Source: Tubiluchus corallicola (taxonomy: Eukaryota > Animalia > Priapulida). Taken from it: DNA of 64,000 nucleotides. The notes beneath the pieces were generated by a model. That model worked only from the letters and a program-made list of their open reading frames with translations. It searched no databases and was not told where the DNA came from. The stretch's first letter is position 1, and every line of letters starts with the position of its first letter. The position numbers and the translations under genes were made by a program. Below, in pieces: positions 28,101 through 41,131 of this stretch. The DNA lies in contig JAQGDQ010000208.1 in NCBI GenBank assembly GCA_030141605.1, positions 323,079 to 387,078 of the forward strand. Reading direction: 5' to 3'.

Positions 28101-29969
28101 GTTGTAAAAACTTGTAAAACCCAAAGACAAGGTTGAAACAACCAGAACAACAACAATAGCCCAAAAGCCGCAGAGAGTATCTTCTCCCACTGGTGATGAG
28201 TAATAAGAGAAACAAGGAACAGAGACTTCTTTGACGAGAGGGAGAACATCTAAAGTCAATCAAAGTTTAGGAGATTAAGTGGGCTGGCGTTTTGTCAACT
28301 ACAGAAAATAAGTATAACGTACGCATGTTTGAGCAGCGTTAGTAAGGGACGCCAAGGATTTTATCCCACCCCGCAGCTAATCAGCTATATATGGCAAGGG
28401 TAATTTCTTAACAGGTCACGCGAACAACTTTTCCTATATGAAAAAGGCAATACGGCCTGGGTCTAATGCAACTTCAACGAAATGACCTTGGACGATCTTA
28501 TAATTCAGCACAGCTTCGGATGGGGGAGGGGAGGAGATGGCTGTTACACGCGACGACATACAAAAATTCATAGAATAAAACACTACAAAATGGAACGAAA
28601 CAACAGGTTAGGGAGGTTTTGTTGTAGAAAAAATGTCATTGTTAAGACTTCGCAAAGAAGTTTGAATGTCTGAACAAGGTAACAATATAGTTGAAACAGT
28701 TTAATTTTGGGATAACACACCCACTGATGTTAGCTTTGGCCAGAAAACACAGGCAAAATGTACACTAAAAAAACAAGAGTACACAGACAAAATGGACATT
28801 AATAATATAATTCGAGATAAACAACTCGAGCGAAAAATATTTTGTTTAAGCCAGATGCCACCACTTTTCGGACCAACGAAGCAAGAGATCCAAGGTTCAC
28901 AAAAAGCGCAGTTAAGCGCATTTTAAATGCCGTATACAAATAGCTGCATTGTGTTAAAATAGTTTTGAAGTGATGTCACATCATACAGACACCCCATGGG
29001 CAGTTGGGCACACGGCTTAAATCTCTCAGAAGACAGCAAAATCGAGGAATCTTCCCTTAATGAAAAGAACAGCACGCGTCGGGCGGCAGACTTGGAGATA
29101 AAACGATTAGTAAAAAGTTGCCAGCCGTGACATTGGGATTACCTGGCACATGTTAATGACAGGTATGCGTTAAACCCTGAAAAGAATCATTGTTAAATAT
29201 AGCATTATTGGCGCAGGTGTGCTGATTTGGTGATTAAGAAAAAACTGTCATATTAGCGCATCACTGATTATCAGTGTAAGAAATTTCCAGATTCTTAAGC
29301 CTGCCTCTTTAAACTTCAGCTGGACCATATGGAGCTGTCAAATCATTCTACTAGAAGCTGATATATTATTAGAAATAAGTTTAAATGCAGCTGAGTAAAA
29401 ATGTACTTGTGTTTCAAACCAAAGAACAGAAACAGTCATGCTGTTAATGCAATTTTTATTCTAGTACAGGATGTTAAAAATATAAAGCGGATTAAAAATA
29501 TAATGACATGCTTAAAACATACTGATCAAAGCACAAAGTAATGATGTTGAATGCTAAGATGTAGATGTATTAAAATAACGTCGTTCTACACATGCCAGCA
29601 TAAGTCTCACCACACATACTGGACTTTGTGTGGTAAGCAAAATTCATTTGTTAGTGCAATGTCTCTTTTGCGTCACCCTGTATAACAGCTACCCAAATAT
29701 GAATAATTATATTATAGGCGGGCTATGTGGTTCTGACCGGGATAATTATACGATAAGACTTGACAAAACGTAGTCACCAAATTTGTCCATTCAAAAAGGA
29801 CTTAATTACCAAATATTATATTAATTTAAAACTTACAGCAATATATTCTACAAAAGTAGTTACACAAGCCTTATACATCAATAAATTTAAAAATAATCAA
29901 CAGAAGAAAGAAGACAAATATACGCAGATTTCTAACCAAAACTGAAGCGGGAAATATGATTGCACTTAC

Positions 29970-30150
29970 CAAGAACAAAACCCTCACACTGTTGCAAAGG
30001 TACAAACTTCTTTTCGTGTTTCACTTCAACTGCTGGTTTCTCAAAATGTTCTGTCAGCACGGCTTCAATGGTAAGATGTTCAGACTCATCACCGAGGATA
30101 GTGTCCTCCAAGACGGAAGCAAGAGTAAGATCGTGTGAAAGCAACATCAT
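29970..30150 (-). CDS. ETS1/2: Candidate alternative first coding exon C (MMLLSHDLTLASVLEDTILGDESEHLTIEAVLTEHFEKPAVEVKHEKKFVPLQQCEGFVL)
   Basis: 60 codons from ATG plus 1 nt, G|gtaagt phase-1 donor, protein-like composition. Confidence 0.62.
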
Positions 30151-30230
30151 TACAGTTCAAAAGTCAAGCAGAGGAGGGAATCGAAAAGAGCAGTCAGCAG
30201 AAGTGCAGCTAGATGAAATTCAGCACTCAC

Positions 30231-30366
30231 CTACAATCTTTCCCTCCAGTATTTCAACCCAAGACACTTGCGGAAGATGGGGATCCAGTAAGGGCGTATC
30301 AGAACTTGGTGACGGGTTGAGGTCATCTGGGCTGCTCGTTTCGCATGCTAACTCCACGCACAACAT
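30231..30366 (-). CDS. ETS1/2: Candidate alternative coding exon D (MLCVELACETSSPDDLNPSPSSDTPLLDPHLPQVSWVEILEGKIV)
   Basis: 45 codons from ATG plus 1 nt, AG|gtgagt phase-1 donor. Frame stays open upstream to a ttttatcagtag acceptor at ~30435. Confidence 0.6.
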
Positions 30367-30619
30367 ACGTGAATCAGAGACAAAAGAATTGCAAACAGTA
30401 GCGTGTGGAGACTGATGGTGGTGGTATGCAACTCTCTACTGATAAAAGCAGACTTGAGAACTACCAATGGCAGCCAAAACAGATTCTATTTGTTGAATGT
30501 CTCGCACGAGAAGCACGCATATAATATACATATGATGTCATGTGAAAATACAATCATGAATACAATTACTTGGGAGCAAGAACGCGACTTTTATTTATGC
30601 ATTAGATGAGCAATAAACT

Positions 30620-30740
30620 TATCAACAACCAATCGGGTTACGCCGTTCTCAAGACATGCGCCACCTTATATAAATTGCACAACAGTCACAAGCGAGCTAA
30701 ATTCAAGGCAAGTACCTCTGTCTCAACCAATCAGAGCAAA
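30620..30740 (-). promoter_or_regulatory. Putative promoter upstream of exons C/D
   Basis: TATATAA on the minus strand at 30666-30672; CAACCAATC boxes with CCAAT at 30629 and 30727. Confidence 0.45.
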
Positions 30741-31954
30741 ACAGGGATGGATCTTATCCCGGTTAGATTCTTTATAAGGATAATTCCAGGAGTTCAAGCA
30801 CCTGTTAACTCCAAGAATTTTCATACGACACGAGTCAAACATTTAGATCACATTACACCCACGTGCTGCTTGAAAGGCCCAGCCTAATTTCCGGCAAAAC
30901 GTGCGCAGTGTGATTAGGGTCATCGCATTAGGGCCAAATTTCCAATAATTTGGCCACAATTTCCAGGTGAAAAAACATTATTTTAGAAAAATATACTAAA
31001 ATACGAATGATTCTTTAAGTACAACAACAGACCAACAACAAATTACTCATTCTTCCTAGTCTATAGGCCAGCAAGAACCGATACAGATGGTAAGAAGTTC
31101 TGTCGAACAGAAAGTAAGAAATAGTTTGCTCTCCAGTGCCCAGACAGTGACGGTCTGCATTCCTCCGTGTCTGCAACTGATGTCCTATCATAAGGAAGGA
31201 CAATGTGATTAGACGCTGGTCACTTGACAACCAATGACTGACTGTGGGGTTCATGCAGCAAAACTTGAACAACGTTGATCCAACAAGTTTTCAGTGTGCT
31301 TTCTGGTCTCTATCGGTTATTATGGTAGAAGAAACTGAGAAATACATAAAGTATACGCAAAAAATAGAAATACTTTCGAATTATTACGTTATTTTATGTA
31401 GAATAACGAATATTTTACAGTAAAAGTCGTTCCCACACACAAATGATACGTTACAGCACAACACTACTTAAAGTTAACATAATTTCAAAAAAAGGGTAAG
31501 CAATTTAAAAATTACTTAGCGATGCTTAATGCACGGTAATATCTCAACTTCGTCATTTTCTATCCGCTGTCATTCACGAACATCAAGTGTTATAAATGAA
31601 ATGACTGAATAAGTTCAAAGTCTTAAGTTCTTCCCAAGGATATCCTACTACGATGGTATCCTTTTCCTTTCGGACAAGCTGAAACCTATGCATCGTCATG
31701 CTTACTACACATACAAAATACTAAAATGTACCAAATTTTACAAGCACTGTTGTCAGAAAGTACTAACTCTGTAAAATGTTACCATTAAAAATGCACATGA
31801 TTTTTCCATGCAAGTGATGAAAAATATTCAATAAGCCCAGATTCATGGGCTTTCTATTCAAATAAACTAAAGTACTTATAGTAACTTTCCAAGTAATAAG
31901 TAAAGCTATAGGTCAACGCGAGTGGTGGCACCTAGAACAGGAAATCACTAAAAC

Positions 31955-32089
31955 GAACACCTGATACCTGTCTAGTCTTAAAAATCAGTTCCAAGAATCA
32001 GAAAGAGAAAAAATGATGGAGCCATGTGGTCAGAATAGCCTCATGTCATTAAGAGAAAGGACAAAGTTTATTTCCTGCAAAGCACAAAT
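31955..32089 (+). repeat. Dispersed ~135-bp repeat, copy 1
   Basis: GAACAC…TGTCTAGTCTTAAAAATCAG…AATCAGAAAGAGAAAAAAT…TAAGAGAAAGGACA…CTGCAAAGCACAAAT recurs at 37203. Confidence 0.85.
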
Positions 32090-33983
32090 CAATAACAACA
32101 CAGTGCATAACCGAACATAGAAAAATTAGATTTTAATGAAAAAGTGTGTCACAAGACGTGATGACGAGGTGCAAACATTCTACAATCATAGTTTTGTTAT
32201 CATCACTAATAATTAAATAATGCAATAGGCACGTGGTTATCAATTACCTTTAGGAAATGGAAAGCTAAAACATACAGCTAGTAAACCTGGACTTAAAGCC
32301 TTGTACAATGAATACATACATATAATTGAGAATTTTCGAACCAGGTTTATGAATTAATTTAATATATATGTACCTGCACATCAGTTAACTCAACTTTGCT
32401 AACGTGCTTTGCATTTAGAACATTAAAGTAACACAAGCTTAAATCATGAAATGTGCAAGCAAATGAAACTATAATACTATTTAAAAACGCTGCCTGTGTG
32501 TAACCATGTGTATTAAAGTAAAAAATATTATTATGAATATAAACACGTATAAAAAGTGAAGTGCCCAATATGTGCCAAAGCGCTATGCATTATGATAGCC
32601 AAAGCAGGACCTGCAGACTGGGTGCGGGATAGGGAGGAAGTCGGGATGAACAGGAATTCCGTTATAGATAAGGAGTTAAGGAAGTGGAGGTAACAGTATA
32701 CCAGACTGGTTTATACAATAACAACATACCTGCCAGTGTCACGAGCCAAATTAGCAATCATGTTAATATGTAATTAAACCAAATGCAACTAGCGAAGTTA
32801 GAACTTAGAAGATTTCCACAACAAGTGAGAAATGACGCATGCTTGGAGTAGACTTAAAAGATACCAATAACTTTAAAAAAGTAGGAGAAGTTGCAAATGA
32901 AAGTTTGCAGGTGCAAAGTTATTCCAAATCAAAAGGAAGTTGGTTCCAGGCTCTTTCCTGTTTGCGATTTCCGGTTGGGTCGCTAAGATATTACAACGTT
33001 TACAGATTTTTTGCGCGGTTCTATGCAGACAGTCGAATGCCAGTAATGATTTTTTAACATCTCAGAACCAACAAGTTGTTTTGCAGGCTGTCGCTCGTAT
33101 TGTGCAATATCAAGTATAAACTTAAAAGAGTAGCTCAGCTTTTTTAACCATTAAAATAATATTACACACCTATACGAAATTGCAACTAAGACTGTAAATG
33201 ACGTAGTCACTAGTCATTATATAATAAAACAGGCTTACATTCAGCTTTCTTAAAGTGTTAAGGACTATGGTTCACATTGTTGCCTAACTCCAGCTATATT
33301 TATTTGGTATAACAGTTGTTTACAAATCTATAAGCCTAACATACAGCTGCGGTTTACTCGCACATCCCTGATACGCATACCTAAATGCATATAATCTGTG
33401 CCTATATCTTTAGTTTAACATGGTACAAAGGTCATCTTCAATTCATTCATAATTATTTAGCTCAGAAATGCTCGTGTACATAAATTAGTAAGTAGTATTA
33501 ATTTCACATTCTTGTACAGCAGCTATTAATTACCAGGCTACTATTTGAAATATTATCACGTAATATGAAGACTAATTACTTATGAAATAGATATAATTTA
33601 AAATTATGTATGCCGAATTATGCAGTATTCGCCCAGAAAGGTGAAATACTGTTAGTATATCAATATTTGATTAATGGCCAATATTTTGTGAATAGACTTC
33701 AATGGAGTAAACTCAGATCTAGTTCGATCCGCCTACACATTGCAAAGTCCAATAATAAGGTAAATGTTGCGAATACAGAGATATTTACCATAAGAAAGTA
33801 ACATAAAATTTCATTATGCGTGTGTGCGAAAAGCTGCAAACCAGAATCCAGCATTCAACCGTACGGCCTGGAAAGTTGTAGCAGGACTGGAATCTAGCTA
33901 ATTACAAAAGATAATCTCGGAGTGCTTGGCCACGTTCAGATGTATATGTACACCCTTCCTCAACAAGAAAAATAGTCAAGAAG

Positions 33984-34095
33984 AAGCGTACACAAGCAGC
34001 TTTCCCAGCAGTCAGCCATCTATTTACAAACCAAGTTCGGCGCTGCTTAAGTTCGCCAAGCACATACCGTGACCATGCGTATATTCCTGTTGCCT
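33984..34095 (-). pseudogene. Decayed 5S rRNA pseudogene or 5S-derived SINE head
   Basis: Plus strand AAGCGTACA…TTCCCAG…GTC…CCATC…TAC.AACCA.G…CTGCTTA..TTC is colinear with the reverse complement of the 3' half of animal 5S rRNA (AAGCCTACAGCACCCGGTATTCCCAGGCGGTCTCCCATCCAAGTACTAACCAGGCCCGACCCTGCTTAGCTTC). Confidence 0.65.
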
Positions 34096-34601
34096 TGAAT
34101 ACGGACTAGTTTTCAAACGATAAAACCATGGAGTCAAAACCAGTAGAATGCACAATGCACATCAAGCTTCGTTGCATCTAATCTTACTTGTGAACGATGC
34201 TATGTGCACATATTATCTTCCGTCACAACAAGTATGTTGTTCATCAATACATCGAGTGTATGTGATGCAAACATGAAGTTGTTTCTCTTCGAAACTTACC
34301 ATTCCACTCGGTGCTATAATCAAACAGCTTAAGAGGCTGCTACTGAAGAGACAGAGATTCACTGGCAAATATTGTTACAAACGTGCGGGGGCGTAGGATT
34401 AGTGTAGTCAGGTAGACAAAACTTCATAGTTGAGATGTAAGCAAAAGACGTGTATTTGTTTTGATCACACAGAGAAGGGAGGGAAATGGAACTTTCAGCG
34501 CGGGGGAGTGCAGACTCCATACAATTACAAGGACAGGAACAGTCAACTGTCTCAATGTAGTTGCAGACAAAAGTTACTTTGCATGATTGTTTGGAATGTT
34601 A

Positions 34602-34790
34602 ACCAAGACCAGGCATATCCACGCAAACGAAAAGCAAAAACGCTGGATTTAAACCGCGATACTCCTTCCTACCTCTACCTGCGACAGAGAGCTTCACCAA
34701 GATCAGGCATATCCACGCAAACGAAAAGCAAAAATCCTGGATTTAAACCGCAATACTCCTTCCTACCTCTACCTGCGACAGAGAGCTTCA
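34602..34790. repeat. Tandem duplication, 2 x 94 bp, nearly identical
   Basis: Units start at 34602 and 34696 (ACCAAGA(C/T)CAGGCATATCCACGCAAACG…GACAGAGAGCTTC). Each has a B-box-like GGTTTAAATCC on the minus strand. Confidence 0.9.
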
Positions 34791-37202
34791 TCTTTCTAAG
34801 ATAAACAGCTTATTCGTACTACAATAGGTGTGGGAGTCAGGTACACTGAATCTTATTGTTCGTCACTTCCTCCCATACTTGTATTAGCCATATAAGCGGT
34901 CAGGTATTCACGTATTCAACTCTTGCAGGGTAAATTGTTACAGTACAAGGTTAACCTGTTTATAGGTATAGTGTGAGAACAGTAGTTGTTTGGGAGGACC
35001 TGCCAAGTTGTTCCAACTAAGCTCCTGAGCTCTGTTAATGAAGTATAATTTCAAATTCTCAAAACATAACTATGGATTAAGTTTATTAAACAGTCGTTGT
35101 GTTTGTGATGGGATTGCATTTTGTGTGACAGATACATGCACTCGCAGCTGCATGCTTGTGTTAGTGGACAGTAGTCAGTGGCTGAACAAATACAGCTGAA
35201 TTACTTCCACACAATTTCACGAAATCACTGTACAACTTCGTCATATTTATAAAGACATGTGCCAAAAAAGCAGTGCACAACAAAAGAACTATCTCCACGA
35301 AACGGGATGATTGTTAGAATCGGGTAGAACATAGCCCTGCCGCGGTGAACACAATGTCGTGTCTGTTTCACCCGCAGACCTTGCGACACGTGCTTTGAGG
35401 GTACATAGTCGTTACAGAGTGGACTCAAGCTTAACTAAACTCGATTCAAAACCAACAATACCAAACCGGCGTGCAACAAGCCGAAAAATAGAAGCGAAGC
35501 TCAGTTTAAGCCGCTTGCCATCTTTGTAGCACGTGTTGGCGATGGGCTTTTTTGCTACTAGGTATTATTTTGTTTAAGGTTAAGCGCCACTTATTCCTTA
35601 TTAGTACACATCTCGACCGACCGCCACAAAGCGAGGCAAATCAATGCCACGATGCGATCTTTGTATTTAACAGAAATTTGCAAATCGGTGCCAGATATCA
35701 CAACAGCCAAGCTGACGTCGCAATACAATGAAAATATTGTAGTCTCTGTCGTAGTTTGGACGCAGCAATCCCTGACAGGGTAATTACCCCATAACGACTG
35801 AGACACGCACCATCAATGCGCATCTTCGCAAATAGATACTTTAACAAAAAACGGGCAATTTTCCGAATTTCATAACAATGTATTTAAGCACTTGGGACAA
35901 CAGGTGGGGCATGGTGGCAGACGCGCGGTCTTAAAACCCGGTTTCAATCTCGTCATCATCAAAAAGTGGATCAAAAAACGAATAATCAGGTATTTCGAGC
36001 CTTATCGATTGTTACAGTAAACGGAGCACCCCTGCAGAGTCTCACGGACCGATAGTCATTGCTAAAATATGCGCAAATAACAATAATATACTACTGCAGA
36101 AACAGTAACGTATAAATTATCTGTATGTGTATGCGCACCTGTGCTGGTAATTATGTATATTGTCATTCCGTTGATTTTGCATGGCTAAAAATAACTGACG
36201 TAAGGACACGTAATTTACAAAGCAAAAATAATCAAACACTTATTCGATGTAGTGCTGGCATGCAACACTGAATGGCGTGGCTCACATAATGTATATCGTT
36301 GGGACCAGAGTTTAGCTGGTTGCTGGGTCTTCAAAGAGGTAAAATGATGAGTACAAATTGCTGATGAAACAAATGAAACAGCTTGGAATCTCGGTTATCC
36401 ACCCATTTGCTGGCTAATTATTGGCACTGCTAATTTCGGTCGCTATGCGTACGCTGTCATCACTCACATTTCATCAAAATTAATTAGTAATTGGTTTAGC
36501 ATTAATCTGTTAAGACCATAAAAAGCCGGAGCGTTTATAACGGTTAAGATATTTTGCTGGTATCTAAAATGGCCTTCAAATCCAGGCAATTCTGGACTTA
36601 TTCAGGCAAATCTTGTCACTATTTTCATTCTGTTTACTTTCGTCTGAATCTAAATAATAAGGGATTTTTTCTTTCGCTTGGTGCACTAATTGATAATCTT
36701 GAATCTAAACACAAAATTATGTCGGCTACACACTTATGACTATTCTGTACTTCATGACATTTTACATACTTTTTATAGTGCTTAAATTGCATGGCCACCC
36801 AACTTCTTTAAGCTATGGTGTATATATAAGTATATCCCTCTGGCTCTTGCACACTTTATTACTGCTTTATGTTGCAAATAGTGGTCCAACCACTTTTTCT
36901 TGATTTATTATGACAACAGACAAATTAGTGATTATTCGGCTTGCTTATAATATGCAAATTATCTTTATCCCCAAAGACGGTGTGGACTCTAAAACACTTA
37001 CGCTGCTTACGCTAACCTCCAATAAAACACTTACAAGAAAGCAAGCATTCAAGAAATGCGACCAATGCCTTAGAAGTAGAAGGATAAAAACAAACCGAAC
37101 TTTTTATTAGGCTTAATGTACAGGTTTTATAGCCTATTGATTGCACTACAATGAATTTTAGTACAGTGAAATTAGCTGACAGAAAAAAACGAAAGGTAGA
37201 TG

Positions 37203-37338
37203 GAACACCCGATATCTGTCTAGTCTTAAAAATCAGGAAGTTCCAACAATCAGAAAGAGAAAAAATAAGGAGCTATGTAGTCAGATTAGCCTAACGTCTT
37301 TAAGAGAAAGGACAGTTTATTTGCTGCAAAGCACAAAT
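37203..37338 (+). repeat. Dispersed ~135-bp repeat, copy 2
   Basis: Diverged direct copy of 31955-32089. Confidence 0.85.
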
Positions 37339-40300
37339 TAAGGAGGAAAAAACAATATACTTCTACACCCAAGTACTATGCGGCGTTAGTAACACGAACT
37401 TGATGTGCTGTTTTTCCTCTGGTTACAGAACGCAAGCAAAATAAAGTTTGCGGTCACTCTGCGCCAAGTAAAAACTGTCTGTCCCTGCCTAGGCGGAAAA
37501 TCAATGTGTATTCGAACTACCGTCATTTAGTTTGGACAGAACGCCGACAACGCGATGACTGTGAGAAAGAACATTAGGGAAAGCCCCACTTAACAAATAT
37601 ACCACGAGAGTCTGACAAGAAAAAAAAATAGTCCATGTGGCTGCTTGAACGTTAGATGGTTAGTGGCTAGGTGTACCTAGACGTTACGGATTAATAATAT
37701 CGTAATTCTAAATTGACAAACGTTTACACTTTAAGAACAAATGGCGTAGAAACTAAAATCCATCTTTACGTAATGATTTGTATACTCATGAAAGCAAGCT
37801 CATGTACATTGTATCTGCACACTAACCTATCTGATCTTCTGGTATTTCTGATCTTTCTAGACCGCTGAAAAATATATGTAAACACACACAGACCTGAAAG
37901 GCCCACGGGGACAGCTAATGATTATTTCTATAGCTAGATTGATAGCTAAAACATGAAATTAAAGAGCTACCACACGTGGATGGGCTTCTAAATACAGAAA
38001 ACACTGTGGTTATGAACCGCAGTAGACAGCATGGCTTCCAGATGAGCAACCAAACGTTGTAAGGCTTCAACGAGCCAAGCGGTACCTCCCCCACAAACAT
38101 CAACAACCCATCCAGGCCCAGCAGTGAAGCTTGGGTAGCACGTGTGTTAGAAACGCTACCATATGTTTAGCGTGCAAGCAATGGGATTTGAATTTATGGA
38201 TGAAAACATACTTATTTATGTCTTCTGAGCGATGGTATAATTGCTTATCAGCCAACGCTAGCCGGGTGCATGCATTTTTAAATGTGACCATGCTGACCAT
38301 ATGTTAAACATTAATGGTTTTAAACGCGGGGGAATAATGATAAGAGATTTATTTTTGTTGCTCTGGCCCGTGGCAAGATGATTGCTTATCGTGGAGCATA
38401 TCTAGTCAACACCTGCAAGAATTCTGCACTCAGAATACAAACACACGTGCATGAAAACGAGGGGGGTCAGAAGAGCAGTGTTTTAAAGGTAAAACAAAAA
38501 ACCAACGCTGTGGACAACTGTGCAATTTGAAAGCTTCGCAGAATGATTCACACTAAGATTTAGTAAAAATGATTTTTCATTCAGTGTATGTAGCAGCAAA
38601 AATAGGCTTAACACTATAACGAGGTTAGAAACTTTATACCACAGACCTCCAAATCCACACTAATTACTGATTATTCATTATACTAGCTCACTGAATCTAT
38701 GATAACAATCTATGTATGAAAGAGTTGAGCATGGTGTAAACCTGGTGCATGTAGCAAGGGTGCGCCCGCAGCGCAAAAGTGACCAAAATAATAGTTGCTT
38801 ACAAATTGTATTGTTCTATGCTATTGTTTTATTTAAATGTAGTCTTTTACAGCCAAAGACTTACTGTTTTTCAGTGGAAAGCTAGTGCAAAAAACAGACT
38901 TAATAAATAAATTTGTTATCAAATTAGTTCTACTGACAGCAGTTTAGTATGATTCCCGAATACTCTTGTGCTTGAGTATCCAAAACTATATGAGTTAAGA
39001 ATTTTAAATTGAACGGAAGCTATTAATACAGTTAAAACTCTGCTTCCACATTTCCAGGGCTGTATGTCATGCATGGTACTATTAGTAATCAATCAGAGAA
39101 GGAGAACCATCGTCGACACCATTCCCACGCAAGTTTGACGTTCCGCGCTTTCATTTGTGAAGAACAGGCATGTTTTTGCTGAGCAAGGATTCTATTTTCG
39201 CTGCCTCCTTTACCTTGGTCTCAGACATGTTCGTGCGGACAGATTCAGAGCAATTTAGAAGCCTGAGACATCTACAAACCTCGCTAAATATTGGTGTTAG
39301 GAAGCCGAAGATTAGGGGTGATGAAAAAAGTAGCGTTGAATTGAAGAAAGCACGCACGAGTGATTTCAGGGTCGCCAAAATCTAAATTCAAAGTTCGCAA
39401 TGCTTACACTTTGCAAAATTTTTGTAGCGTAGCTCTCATCACAGAAAACGGCGAAATTTTTTCATGTAGTAACAATTTACAACTACATTATTGTCCGTCC
39501 CAACTATATGATGCATATGATTTAAGTATCACCACTGCTACTACCAATACCACTACCAATGCGAATACCAGCATCAGTACCAATTACCAGATTGAACTAT
39601 GACATCAGGTGAAGATAAATTAGACATCAAAGAGTCAGGTCTAAGAGGATAAATGCTTAGTTTTACAAATAGCCTTCCATATGTACATATTCCTGTTACT
39701 TATCTTCTATTCACTTTAAAGTCTAAAACGTAAATGCTACGACAGCTACAAAGACAGACTCGAAAAATATGCTTTCTTGAGTTTATAAATAAAGAATAAA
39801 ATTGTTTATTCCACTCGGGTGTTACTTACTAAACTCGGTATCAAGAACCAGAAGGTCCTCAAAAGTGTGTGATACTACAAGTGGTATCAGGTGGTAAGAT
39901 GTTAAATCGTTATAACAGTACTTCCTTAATGGAAGTCGCTTTTACCTGAAGCTACAAAAACGACCAAGCACTGCCACGAACGTAATAAATTGTTCCATAA
40001 AGCCTTTCCTTAACATGATATTATTTGACGTAATTTGATAAAAAAAGAGACGATGAAAGGAGCATTTCATTCATGTCAAGTGAATTATAGTCATGTCGTG
40101 GGCCAAATCTACAATTGTTCAGACACGAGCGGAATACAAATTTAAACATGGGAATAATTTAATCAAAAAATGCCCTTCAGCCTAGGTGTGTAAGCCTTAG
40201 GTAAACTGGCCATAACTGTCAGAGTCGTGGAGAAACGGGCAACACGCTGAAACAACTTCGCTTTCTTCTCCCGCAGTCATGTGAAAATTCTTAACAATCT

Positions 40301-41131
40301 GGAGCGTCTTAACAACAATAACTGCAGGCGTTGAAGGGGGACGAGCCTGGCGTGGGAATAGCAACTGACCACTGATATCAATTTGTCAACATGCTATCAA
40401 TTTCATATTAGTGACGTCGTAATAATTCCTAAGCTTTTTGACTGATCACCCCAACACCTGAAAATCAGGTGCGAGACGTCCCAAAGTCGTCTCTACCTTA
40501 AGAAAATTGCCTCTTCTTCCGATGCCTCGAGTATAGTTTCATTCATGAATACATGGCGCCCCCGATGCCACAGCGTGGAGCCTTCTCGAATTCATGAATG
40601 GAAAGGTTGAAATGCTTAACAGCCCACTTTGCGATGCATACAGTACAGCAGGGTGAGCAAGAACTCACACCGTAAAGGCTTAACTACTCACTGTAGAAAC
40701 AAACTGCGCTGAGATAATTATGCACTGATGCTATTACGTTCGCGAAAGCATGCGATAATGAGACACATACTTAAATTTAATAACTACAGCCTGTTAGCGG
40801 CATAGCGGCAGTGCCTGAGCTTACAAAGCCGTTATGGCAATGAAAACGATTTCACTGGTTGACCCAAAACTTATGATTTAATCTCGCTTCCATGGTTTTT
40901 GTAACTTTCGCAGGATGATATGAATTTCGCGTTTTGATATGAATCAAAAGGACGACAAAAACTATCCAAGACGCACCACGCAAAATAACAATTTATTACC
41001 CGTCCATTCCACTATATAGCTTCAGTGCATTCAAATAGCTTTACCATTTCTTCTTGGTCACTGTACAGAACCACAAGGTGATAAGATCAGATAATAAAAG
41101 AAGCCAAGTAAAACTTAAAAGCTGTACTTAC

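Noticed and set aside
29960-30415. 151-aa plus-strand ORF, the longest in the track
   Set aside because: TTG start and antisense to candidate exons C/D; better explained as their shadow.
34602-34790. Direct repeats as a CRISPR-like array
   Set aside because: Only two adjacent 94-bp units with no spacers, in a eukaryotic context with no cas genes.
8036-40691. Other minus-strand GT(A/G)AGT donors (~8036, 15430, 26395, 29831, 37029, 40686) as further first exons
   Set aside because: The upstream phase-1 frame hits a stop before any ATG, or the ATG ORF is in the wrong phase.
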